A DNA stretch of 54,220 nt from an uncultured Gammaproteobacteria bacterium (GTDB lineage Bacteria > Patescibacteriota > Patescibacteriia > UBA2196), in NCBI GenBank assembly GCA_964435065.1, contig CAYSXS010000005.1, positions 1 through 54,220 of the forward strand, read 5' to 3'. Shown here in pieces: positions 39,815 to 48,818 of the stretch (its first letter is position 1; every line of letters starts with the position of its first letter). The notes below the pieces were generated by a model. That model saw only the letters and a list, made by a program, of their open reading frames with translations. It was not told the DNA's origin and did not search any database. The translations under genes were made by a program, and so were the position numbers.

Positions 39815-41056
39815 TTAAGTTATACTTTTTAGTTTTCTTTCATCTAAAGAATTTGTTTTGGCAATTTCTGAATACATTTTTCCACTAGTTTTTAATTTAC
39901 GTTCAAATGTCTTTAAATTAACTTCAACTAACCCAAATTTAGGATCAAATCCATCTGCCCATTCAAAGTTATCTAATAAAGACCAATGAAAATATCCACG
40001 CACATCTACCCCAGCTTGAATTGCGTGGTGAATCTCTTTTAAGTGTTCCACTAAGAATCTTTGTCTTTTTTCATCATCTTTGGCAGCTATTCCATTTTCA
40101 GTAATATATATTGGAGTTTTAAAATCTTCTAAATCCATTAATACATCAAAAATTCCATGAGGATAAATCATCCAACCTAAATCAGATAATTCCCTCTCCG
40201 TTTCCTTAATTTTTTCAACCACAGGTTTCATACTACCTTCATCTTTCTTTAGTCGTACACGGAAATAGTAATTAATACCTAAAAAGTCATGTTTTCCTTT
40301 GGTTAGATCATAAAAAGAATGATTTACAAACCTATCTGCTAGATGAACATACAGTAATTCTATTATTCTATGTTTATGGTAAGAAGCAAAAGAATGAACA
40401 TTCATGGCAAATCCCACTTGTGGGTTTTCTAACTTACTATGAATCATCTTGTATACAGCTCTATGAGCTCTTGCCATATTAATATATACAAGAAAAGCTT
40501 TTTTAGGACTCTTTAACTTAGGAGGCCACTTACCTTTTAAATAGCTTAAATCTGCATAAATTCCAGGTTCATTAATTGTAATCCAAAAATCCACTAAACC
40601 GCCTAAATGTTCTAAAACATATTTAACATATCTTTTAAAATATTTAACACTTTTAAAACTTGTCCACCCATCTTTATTTAAAAACCAATTAGGATTAGTA
40701 AAATGGTGTAAAGTAAGCATTACTTTAATGTTTCTGGCTTTTAGATCAGAAATCATCTCTACATAATGATGCATAGCATCATGGCTAAACTTACCTTCCT
40801 GAGGTTCTATCTTTGCCCATTCTATAGATAATCTATACGCATTATTATTCATTTGATCAATACAGCTATGATCTTTTTTCCATAATTCATAACTATTACA
40901 GGCTTTTAAAGAAGCATGTTTAAGTTGTTTGTTCTCTTCAAAAGCCCACCAATCAGAATTAAAATTATCACCTTCAATTTGGTGAGATGATGTAGCGGTT
41001 CCCCATAAAAAATCAGGGGCAAACTTTAAAATTTTATCATTTTCTTTCTTTATCAT
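39815..41056 (-). CDS. Glycoside hydrolase family 1 (beta-glucosidase-like)
   Basis: FLWGTATSSHQIEG, TINEP, ITENG, DNFEW. Confidence 0.95.
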   Translation of the reverse strand: MIKKENDKILKFAPDFLWGTATSSHQIEGDNFNSDWWAFEENKQLKHASLKACNSYELWKKDHSCIDQMNNNAYRLSIEWAKIEPQEGKFSHDAMHHYVEMISDLKARNIKVMLTLHHFTNPNWFLNKDGWTSFKSVKYFKRYVKYVLEHLGGLVDFWITINEPGIYADLSYLKGKWPPKLKSPKKAFLVYINMARAHRAVYKMIHSKLENPQVGFAMNVHSFASYHKHRIIELLYVHLADRFVNHSFYDLTKGKHDFLGINYYFRVRLKKDEGSMKPVVEKIKETERELSDLGWMIYPHGIFDVLMDLEDFKTPIYITENGIAAKDDEKRQRFLVEHLKEIHHAIQAGVDVRGYFHWSLLDNFEWADGFDPKFGLVEVNLKTFERKLKTSGKMYSEIAKTNSLDERKLKSIT

Positions 41057-41137
41057 ATTGGTTTAATTATATCATATATTTAAAGGGAAATAAAAAACAC
41101 CCCCCCAAGACATGAAGCCCTGGAAGGGTGTGCTAAT

Positions 41138-42022
41138 CTAAAAAATTTGTTGGAACAGAATCTTCCAACACTCATCTTCAGCAACAGGTTTGATATAATC
41201 AAACCTTATAACTGTAGATTTTGTGATGAAAAGATTTAATCCAACTGTCCAACCGTCTTGATAATCTATATCATTGACTTTGAGCCGTTGATATAAACCT
41301 GCCATTTGGACATATTTGGAAAAATCAATTGTGCTCATGATCCACCAACCTTGTTTCTGGTCGATGTGATCAATTTTATTGTAGCCACAATTGACCCAAA
41401 TACTGTCAAAAACTGAAACCTTGCTTCCTGATGACCAACTGAAATCAACTCCAGCTATCCTACGTAACCCATCTGGTTGCTCTCCTGTGCGATATATTGC
41501 ACCAAGATTAAAACCATATGCTAAATCACGAGTTACGCGACTAGTGAGATCTAAAGACTTATTATTGTCCTTAAATTCACCAGAGCCGTTAGTGAGGCCA
41601 GCCATTGCCCACCATTTATCATAGATCTCTTCTAAGAAGATCCCATTCCCGCAAGGAATGTTGAATGCTGTAGAAGGGTATCCAATTATTGGTAGCAAAA
41701 AGGGTGATGGAAATTGATATGTTGCTGGGTCAAGTGTACGCCCAACATGTAACTTTGGTAGCCAAATGATGGACGTCGAAAAAACAGCGTTAGCAAAACC
41801 TAATTGAAATTCTCCATTAACAAAATCAGCGTATGTATCATATTTAACACTAATTCCTTGCCAACCATATTGTGAATTAGTTTTAAATCCAACCCTAAGT
41901 CGTGGTAATGAAAAATTAGAACTATCAGTCTGAGCTTGGCCAAAGCCATAAAAACCTTCATCAGCATGAATATAGCTAGCTGATAAGATAAAAATAACGA
42001 GGTATAAAAAAAATCGTTTCAT
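41138..42022 (-). CDS. Secreted porin-like beta-barrel candidate
   Basis: Signal peptide, alternating amphipathic strands, LTNGSG..DNN, C-terminal Phe. Confidence 0.55.
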   Translation of the reverse strand: MKRFFLYLVIFILSASYIHADEGFYGFGQAQTDSSNFSLPRLRVGFKTNSQYGWQGISVKYDTYADFVNGEFQLGFANAVFSTSIIWLPKLHVGRTLDPATYQFPSPFLLPIIGYPSTAFNIPCGNGIFLEEIYDKWWAMAGLTNGSGEFKDNNKSLDLTSRVTRDLAYGFNLGAIYRTGEQPDGLRRIAGVDFSWSSGSKVSVFDSIWVNCGYNKIDHIDQKQGWWIMSTIDFSKYVQMAGLYQRLKVNDIDYQDGWTVGLNLFITKSTVIRFDYIKPVAEDECWKILFQQIF

Positions 42023-43151
42023 TGGAAACTCCTTTAAAATTGTTCAAAGTATAATTAATTATTTTTACTCGAACAAAATTTCCAGGAGCACGGCGACCAA
42101 GACTTCTGGCCACCCATGAAAGAAATTTCCAAAGTGGTCCATTGTTCCATAACCCCCAAATAAAAAGCAATGAGGTTGTTATTTTTAAATATATGGTTAT
42201 TAGAGAAACAAAGAAATTAAAATATTCTCTAATAATATTAAAAATGTGTTTATAAGAATTTACTAAAACCACAATGGCCGTATGTAAAAGGTTAAAATCT
42301 TCTTCATTTGTCTTAGGATCTTCAGGCATAGAACAAGTAACTTTTACATTATCTATTGCTGTATCTTTGGAAATAGATGGTTTTAAAAAAGACAGGGCAA
42401 AAAATATTGCTATTATATACCCCCAAACCAACTCAAAATCCTTAAGATTGTCTTCTCTTTTTTTCATCTGTCTCAATTGATACTTAAACCTCTGAGTAAA
42501 TGCTTCAAAACCACCCATCTCCCAATATATAAGAGCACCCAAAGGACCTATTAGCATACAGAAAATGAAAGACAATTTATCATCCACATCCTCAAAATAA
42601 TATTTTTTTTGTGGCCAACGAATAATGAAAAGTATTATTATCAAAAAAGGAAAAAAATTGCACATTCTGCGGTGTAAAAACAGAAATACAGCTTTCCAGT
42701 CGACTTTACTATCCCTTCCGTTTAATAAGAAGGATCTTTCTTGACATAATTTTTGTCCAAAACTATTCATAAAGCATTGCCCGTGCGAAGATTTTGAGTT
42801 ATAAATCTCCTTTCCGATATCAAGGTACAATCTTGTTAAGCTATACTGTTTATCCTTGATTTTGGATGAAAGAGATGTAAAACCAAAACCTCGCAAACTA
42901 TCCGATAAAAATCTCATTGCAGTTTCAATCACAACAAAATCTTTATGGTTTTCTTTTTTTTCCGCTACAATTTTTAATCCGTGCTTATATAAAGAGTCAG
43001 CCTCTTTAGATAAATTGAAAACCTCCTCATGAGTAAGTCTCTTTGAAGGAGGCAGGGATTCTTCTATCAAGCATTTTCTAATACGGCCAGAATTGGACGC
43101 GAAAAATGCTAAAACAGAAAGAAATAAAGCGATTTTCTGCCATTTCAACAT
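41976..43151 (-). CDS. Hypothetical membrane protein
   Basis: 391 aa, several hydrophobic segments, AGGAGG SD. Confidence 0.6.
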   Translation of the reverse strand: MLKWQKIALFLSVLAFFASNSGRIRKCLIEESLPPSKRLTHEEVFNLSKEADSLYKHGLKIVAEKKENHKDFVVIETAMRFLSDSLRGFGFTSLSSKIKDKQYSLTRLYLDIGKEIYNSKSSHGQCFMNSFGQKLCQERSFLLNGRDSKVDWKAVFLFLHRRMCNFFPFLIIILFIIRWPQKKYYFEDVDDKLSFIFCMLIGPLGALIYWEMGGFEAFTQRFKYQLRQMKKREDNLKDFELVWGYIIAIFFALSFLKPSISKDTAIDNVKVTCSMPEDPKTNEEDFNLLHTAIVVLVNSYKHIFNIIREYFNFFVSLITIYLKITTSLLFIWGLWNNGPLWKFLSWVARSLGRRAPGNFVRVKIINYTLNNFKGVSNETIFFIPRYFYLIS

Positions 43152-43268
43152 AGTATTTACCTCCTACTAATAATTTGATTAATAATGATCTATTTTTGTT
43201 TATTTTTTATACCCAACTTTAGCATATTTTTTATTAAAAGTCAATGGTTGATATCAACATGCAAAAAC

Positions 43269-43301
43269 AAAAAATACTCACAAAATTTATGAGTATTTTT
43301 T
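43269..43301. terminator. Hairpin abutting the first att core; inferred original tRNA terminator (B' arm)
   Basis: AAAAAATACTCA-9nt-TGAGTATTTTTT, directly after CCA on the minus strand. Confidence 0.7.
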
Positions 43302-43330
43302 GGCAGGGGCTCGTGGAGGATGTTAGAACT
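43301..43330. repeat. att repeat 1 (half copy, array boundary)
   Basis: TGGCAGGGGCTCGTGGAGGATGTTAGAACT. Confidence 0.92.
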
Positions 43331-43400
43331 ATTACACGACCGAAAGATATATATTTTAATATATCCAACCTACTATTATAAATTTAAAATTTGATAAAAA

Positions 43401-45032
43401 TTAGTAACCACCTGGTCCGTGACCACCACCGCCACTTCCACTATTATACCCAAAAACTTGAGTTGTATTAAAATAATTTATTAATCTACCATTAAACCAC
43501 TCTTTGGTAATAGGAGCTGTACTGGAAGAATTTCCATAATATAAATCAGACCAAATAAAATTATTGTCAACTTGATTATCAATTGTAAAAGCAGTTTGAG
43601 GAGCTAAAACTTCGTTACCTCCATCACCTAAGTGAGTAATAGATATTGAATAATTATTACTTGTCTTAACAACATCAGCCATTATTTGATAAGTTTTGGA
43701 AGTACCAGCTTGTACTTGCTCATAAGAGGAATAATAAGGATAAAATTCAATTAAACCACTTGCGGTAGTACTAGCCAAGGAAATAAGAGAACCATTATTA
43801 TAAAGTTGAAAATTAGAAACTTGAATATCGCCTTCTATCTCTACATCAAAAGTCATTTTATACCAAGCTACATCACCTGTTGCCTCAGCAATAACTGAAA
43901 AATTATAAAGTTCTTCTACGCCATTATTTAAACTGCCTGTTGGTAAATTATTACGAAAAACAGTAGGTAAAGACTTGAATAGGTAAATTTTATTAGTTTC
44001 ATAACTACCACTCTTGCTAGATTGGTTATAAATGTCACCAGTCGATAATCCCCTGACAGTTATGCCAGTATTATTTAATGTTAATTTAATACCATCGCCT
44101 GAAGTAACTGATCCATAAGTATTAATAGGTGAAAAATCAGCCTTAAGAGTCATTGTTTTTGAAACACCTTTAGGGATAACAAAAAGGTTATTATGTGAGT
44201 TTAATAAAATATTTTCACTGGAAGTTGCAAAACCCTCAGCTATTTTAGTAGTTCCATCATATAAAGCTAATTTGTCAATCATATATGCGTTACAATTATT
44301 GTATCCATCTATATTAAAATACATTTGTTGTATTCCTACATCTTCTAAACTTGATTGAAAGTTCATAAAACCAATAGTGTTTCCAGTACTATTAGCTAAA
44401 TAAGTTTTAGTCGCAGGGTTATTTGGTCCAGTAAATACCTTAAAATCACCATAGACTGTCTTGACCAACATGCCTTTTAGAGATGAGACTCTTTTTACCT
44501 TAACTCTCTTGTTAGATATTTCTCCATAGGCTTTAATACCATTTTTAAGAGTATTAAATCTATGAACACTATTAACCTTAATAGAGCCTGATATGTCGCC
44601 CTTTAAAGAAATGATTTTACTAGTTCCTTTGGGTATTACTAAAGCTGGGTCTAATGTTATAACTATTTGTTTACTTGAACCATCAATTGCATTACTTATA
44701 AGAGTAGAAGAATCATAAATAACCAAATTAGTAATATATGAGCGTTTAGCACCTTTTTTAACTCGGTGGTAAAATTTTATTTTTTCTACCCTTATATCTT
44801 CAATTGAATTTGAAGCATCAAGAGTTATGTTAGTAAGTAATTGTCGGTTTGTGCCAGCTAAAACGTCAACTCGCTTAGTTGGATTTGTTACTGAAAGCAA
44901 TATTTCTTGTTTAGGACGTCTGTTGAATTTAGATTTTTTAGTTTTTGCTTCAGCAGTCCCTAAAGATAAAAGATTACTTGCAAATAGGGAAAAAATAAGC
45001 ACAGGAATAAGGATTTTGTTGTTTAATTTCAT
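43401..45032 (-). CDS. Secreted beta-rich surface protein with internal repeats (cassette 1)
   Basis: Signal peptide; repeated LVIPKGTSKIISLKGD / FVIPKGVSKTMTLKAD / VQAGTSKTYQIMAD units. Confidence 0.75.
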   Translation of the reverse strand: MKLNNKILIPVLIFSLFASNLLSLGTAEAKTKKSKFNRRPKQEILLSVTNPTKRVDVLAGTNRQLLTNITLDASNSIEDIRVEKIKFYHRVKKGAKRSYITNLVIYDSSTLISNAIDGSSKQIVITLDPALVIPKGTSKIISLKGDISGSIKVNSVHRFNTLKNGIKAYGEISNKRVKVKRVSSLKGMLVKTVYGDFKVFTGPNNPATKTYLANSTGNTIGFMNFQSSLEDVGIQQMYFNIDGYNNCNAYMIDKLALYDGTTKIAEGFATSSENILLNSHNNLFVIPKGVSKTMTLKADFSPINTYGSVTSGDGIKLTLNNTGITVRGLSTGDIYNQSSKSGSYETNKIYLFKSLPTVFRNNLPTGSLNNGVEELYNFSVIAEATGDVAWYKMTFDVEIEGDIQVSNFQLYNNGSLISLASTTASGLIEFYPYYSSYEQVQAGTSKTYQIMADVVKTSNNYSISITHLGDGGNEVLAPQTAFTIDNQVDNNFIWSDLYYGNSSSTAPITKEWFNGRLINYFNTTQVFGYNSGSGGGGHGPGGY

Positions 45033-45133
45033 AATATTAATTAAATTAATTGATATTTTATAATATAGCATCTTAGCACGAATTTTAAATAATGTCAACA
45101 ATATTTTTTTTATCCAGTCTTTTTTCCCCTAAC

Positions 45134-45196
45134 CAAAAAATCCCCTAACATTAGCAGAGAATCTCTTGGCAGGGGCTCGTGGAGGATGTTAGAACT
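45134..45196. repeat. att repeat 2 (full, attP-like)
   Basis: CAAAAAATCCCCTAACATTAGCAGAGAATCTCTTGGCAGGGGCTCGTGGAGGATGTTAGAACT. Confidence 0.95.
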
Positions 45197-45206
45197 GTTT
45201 TGATTC

Positions 45207-45509
45207 TTAAATAGCGGGTTGAAATATTTTAACCTGCTTTTTCAATACATCCACCATTTCTTCAGCTTGAATCTCTAATTCATAATGTGATTGTAAATTA
45301 AGCCAGAATGCAGGAGAAATATTGAAATATTTACTTAGACGCAAAGCAGTATCAGCCGTAATAGAACGATTACCGTGAACTATTTCGTTTATCCTACGTG
45401 GGGCAACATCAATATCCTTAGCTAAACGATATTGGCTAAGCTCCATAGGTTTAAGAAAATCTTCGTTTAAGATTTCTCCAGGATGGATTGCTTTTATTTT
45501 TTTACTCAT
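45207..45509 (-). CDS. higA: HigA/VapI family antitoxin (cassette 2)
   Basis: HPGEIL, RINEIVHGNRSITADTALRL, FWLNLQ. Confidence 0.93.
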   Translation of the reverse strand: MSKKIKAIHPGEILNEDFLKPMELSQYRLAKDIDVAPRRINEIVHGNRSITADTALRLSKYFNISPAFWLNLQSHYELEIQAEEMVDVLKKQVKIFQPAI

Positions 45510-45619
45510 ATTTATATATAGTACAAATTGCAGAAGCCACCTGTTACAGTGGCCTCGCGTCCTGCCACCGAAGCAACAGGATCGATATTTTACTTAAATT
45601 ACAAAAAACAATAAAATTT

Positions 45620-45874
45620 TTATAAATTTTCTAAAAATCTGGTTACCAACTTATCTTCACCAATTTCTTTTAATTCCTTTAAAATCGCTCTTTGACATTT
45701 TAATTTTCTGCTGTGTGGAATCATAATAAATGATCTTTGCATTTCTTGTTTATATTCTGGTGGAATTAGATACTTATCGTGTGGACTTCGTCTAGACGGA
45801 TGAGGTTCTTTAATAAAACCGATTTTTAATAATGCCCTAATGCATTCTTTTTTCGAAAAATTTGCATTTGCCAT
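45620..45874 (-). CDS. HicA-like toxin (cassette 2)
   Basis: ALLKIGF..SPHDKY..IMIPH pattern; adjacent to a HicB-like gene. Confidence 0.6.
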   Translation of the reverse strand: MANANFSKKECIRALLKIGFIKEPHPSRRSPHDKYLIPPEYKQEMQRSFIMIPHSRKLKCQRAILKELKEIGEDKLVTRFLENL

Positions 45875-45879
45875 ATCAG

Positions 45880-46179
45880 TTATGCTAATTGTACCTTGCG
45901 TCCTTGGCTTTTAAATTCAAAATTTCCAAACTTATACGCTCCAGGCAATAAATCACCTTCCTCGTTTGGAACATCAAAATAGCACAAAACAGCATCTGAA
46001 ACTTGATACGGAAGCTTTTTGATATTCTTGCTTTGAGTAATAAAACCTGGCAAATCCGGAGAAGTAATAATAATCCAATCTTTATTTATCTCTGTCTCAA
46101 ACTTGATGTTTAAAGGAATGCCATGATCAAACATTGTTTTCCTTGATACTGGTTTATATTTTTTAAATAAATTAAACAT
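45880..46179 (-). CDS. HicB-like antitoxin (cassette 2)
   Basis: SPDLPGFITQ..VSDAVLCYFDVP. Confidence 0.7.
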   Translation of the reverse strand: MFNLFKKYKPVSRKTMFDHGIPLNIKFETEINKDWIIITSPDLPGFITQSKNIKKLPYQVSDAVLCYFDVPNEEGDLLPGAYKFGNFEFKSQGRKVQLA

Positions 46180-46254
46180 GTCTTTATTATACATCTTTTT
46201 AATTATTTGATCAAATAAAAAGCTTTTTAGTTCTAGCCTCCCTCAGCCCCAAAT

Positions 46255-46317
46255 CAAAAAATCCCCTAACATTAGCAGAGAATCTTTTGGCAGGGGCTAG
46301 TGGAGGATGTTAGAACT
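46255..46317. repeat. att repeat 3 (full, attP-like)
   Basis: CAAAAAATCCCCTAACATTAGCAGAGAATCTTTTGGCAGGGGCTAGTGGAGGATGTTAGAACT. Confidence 0.95.
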
Positions 46318-46355
46318 AGATTAGCTAACAATAAAAGTATTTCTATATTAAATTA

Positions 46356-47063
46356 TTAATCTTTATAACAAAAATCATGAGTATAGAAACCGTCTGGTAA
46401 TTGTTCAGCAAAAGAACATTTTAATGAGTCTTGTGTTTTTAAAAGTAATTTCCATTGGTTATTTTCTTTTTTTGCATACCACTCTGCACCTGTTCTTGAA
46501 AAGCTTATAGATCCTTTTGTGTACTCTTCTATTTGTTTTTCTACACAAACTAAAGCATCTTGGTCATTGTCTAAATTTACTAGATTATAAAAAGTATCAT
46601 AATTTACCTTATCTTCTTCCTTTAAGTTTGCACAGCTGATAAAATAAATTTTATCTTTTATGTGCCATGAAATAGTGCACTTCAAATCTCTTCTTTCAAA
46701 ACCAATAGTAGAATTGTTAAATTCACTTTCTACAGGATTTGTGTTTTGTAAATTTTTTGTAAAACTAAGACTTTGAAAGAAAGAACTAATTTGTTTATTA
46801 ATATTTTCAATATCTTCTATGATATTACTTATTAAATATGAGCTATCTTGCAAACAAATTCTATTATCATTATTTAAGGTCCATCCGCTAACTCCTTCTT
46901 CAGTTTTAAGCATCTTATCAAAAAATTGACTACTAATTTTAGAAATAATCGATTCGGGTGTTAAATCTTCATTATTATCTTTTGGCTTTGTTAACCAAAA
47001 AACAGCTATTAAAATAGCTAGGATTACAATTAATACTAATAAAGTTTTTGTTATTTTTTTCAT
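46356..47063 (-). CDS. Membrane-anchored extracellular hypothetical protein (cassette 3)
   Basis: N-terminal TM anchor, six Cys. Confidence 0.7.
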   Translation of the reverse strand: MKKITKTLLVLIVILAILIAVFWLTKPKDNNEDLTPESIISKISSQFFDKMLKTEEGVSGWTLNNDNRICLQDSSYLISNIIEDIENINKQISSFFQSLSFTKNLQNTNPVESEFNNSTIGFERRDLKCTISWHIKDKIYFISCANLKEEDKVNYDTFYNLVNLDNDQDALVCVEKQIEEYTKGSISFSRTGAEWYAKKENNQWKLLLKTQDSLKCSFAEQLPDGFYTHDFCYKD

Positions 47064-47196
47064 AAATCGGATATTTAATATTAATTGAAAGATAACAGAA
47101 AGTTAATGAAAAAGCAAGGAGATATAATCTGATTATATTTAAATAAATGAAAAAAGAGCAGTTTATAGACATGCTCCATGTTAGGTCTGTTTGTGG

Positions 47197-47661
47197 TTAT
47201 ATTCTTTTTAATGCCAGTTTTTGTAATTTAATAAGGTGTTTTAATGTAGCCTTCCAACTACCTTCAAAATTTATTTCTTTTTTTGTCCATATTATTATTC
47301 CGTGTTCCTCCCAGTTTCTTAACCTTACCCTGGCTGTATCGTCAGACTTGAACTCAGCTACTAAAATTGCTGGGCAGTGATCGTTACCTATTGTATCAGG
47401 CCATTCATAGCCAGCAACAAATTGCTCAATCGTAGCCAGGCTTGAATAAACAACAACTATTTTTTCTTGGCAAGCTTGGTTTGCTGTTTTATCAAGTCCA
47501 CTAGGGATGATCAAAAAATCTTCTTGATTTCCAGCCAAACAAAGATAATTATCCATTTCCAAATCTTGAATTGTACAATGAAAACTCAGATCAAGCATAT
47601 CGACAACAGTAGAATCTGGTCCAATTTTTCTTAAGCTTTCTATTAAATTCTGACGTCTCAT
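47197..47661 (-). CDS. Hypothetical protein (cassette 3)
   Basis: 154 aa, GGGAG SD. Confidence 0.6.
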   Translation of the reverse strand: MRRQNLIESLRKIGPDSTVVDMLDLSFHCTIQDLEMDNYLCLAGNQEDFLIIPSGLDKTANQACQEKIVVVYSSLATIEQFVAGYEWPDTIGNDHCPAILVAEFKSDDTARVRLRNWEEHGIIIWTKKEINFEGSWKATLKHLIKLQKLALKRI

Positions 47662-47763
47662 TATATATTCTCCCAGTTTATGATTATTAAATGAATTTTC
47701 TATTTTTAAAACTTCAATTTAAATTAAAATCTTAAAAATAGAGGTAGCTTGAGTTTAAAAGGG

Positions 47764-48258
47764 CTACCAGACCTTCTCCGCCCACGACGCGGTGTTACTC
47801 GTGGCAATGTGTGAAACAGGTTTAGGCGAAAAAATCACCTGCCAATTTATTAGGACACCCTGCTCTTTGTGTCCACAACAACCACATAAATATTGAACCC
47901 AGATCATTTTTTTAAAATTGTAATGTTTTTCTGGTTTAAATTTTAATGGTTGTGGAGGTGTTTCAAAGTGATGTTCTACAAAATCTTTCACTTTTCGCCA
48001 GCCGAGGGAATAACAAAACCAATTCTCAGGTTTTGAAATCCTACGAAATCGAAATTCACTCCTGCCCGTCTCGGTATATTGTGTTAAAAACAATTTAACC
48101 GATTTCTTTTCAACAGGGAATGCATGAATTACGTTTTCGATCTTCCTACCGCGATGATCTAGGAAGACCATCTTTTTCAAATCATCGGCACCTCTTTCTA
48201 AGGTATTTTTTTTTGAATAATTTGGATCATTCAAAAAAATAACACTTTTCTTTTTCAT
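47764..48258 (-). CDS. Basic hypothetical protein (cassette 3)
   Basis: AGGAG SD before ATG 48258; CGCCGH motif. Confidence 0.55.
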   Translation of the reverse strand: MKKKSVIFLNDPNYSKKNTLERGADDLKKMVFLDHRGRKIENVIHAFPVEKKSVKLFLTQYTETGRSEFRFRRISKPENWFCYSLGWRKVKDFVEHHFETPPQPLKFKPEKHYNFKKMIWVQYLCGCCGHKEQGVLINWQVIFSPKPVSHIATSNTASWAEKVW

Positions 48259-48818
48259 GCTTTCTCCTATTTTATTATAAAAATTGTGAGAATTGCCACA
48301 CCTTTTGATGCACAAGGTTATTTGTGGCCAACTGGTGGTCGTCAAACCTTCCCTGCCAGTACAGGAGTTTTTTCTCTAATTAAGAGAATAAATATAATTA
48401 TTATCTCTTCTCACTGAGTTTAATAGCTTTCTCCGTATGGTTATAAAACCATGTTTTCCCCTTTCAACCTCAGAAAAACAGAGTTCAGCGTATTTCTTAT
48501 GCGAAGCTGGACATAAAGAAAACTCATACCCTCATCCCTTAATAGAGCATGCTAACAACTGAATCAGACAATGCGACGCAACATCTAATCCAGAAGTAAA
48601 ATGTTGTTCTTAAAGCTATACGAGTGCATGTATTGTGGTCTAGGACATGTCCTAATTTAACACTGATATGTGTCCACTACATACATCAAGGCATCTACTT
48701 TAAGGTTTAATTCAACATTCCCAAAGAGCATGTTAATGAATTTATATAAATTTTTACAATTTATAATTAATATTATACACTATATTAGATATTTGTCAAG
48801 TATATTTATCTACATAAT

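Noticed and set aside
43301-43330. Repeats as intact tRNA genes
   Set aside because: Only the last ~10 nt and a displaced GTTC are tRNA-like; there is no D or anticodon arm.
48351-48358. CCCTGCCA (also CCTGCCA at 45561) as inverted att cores
   Set aside because: Only 7-8 bp, with no flanking arm similarity; both sit inside local hairpins.
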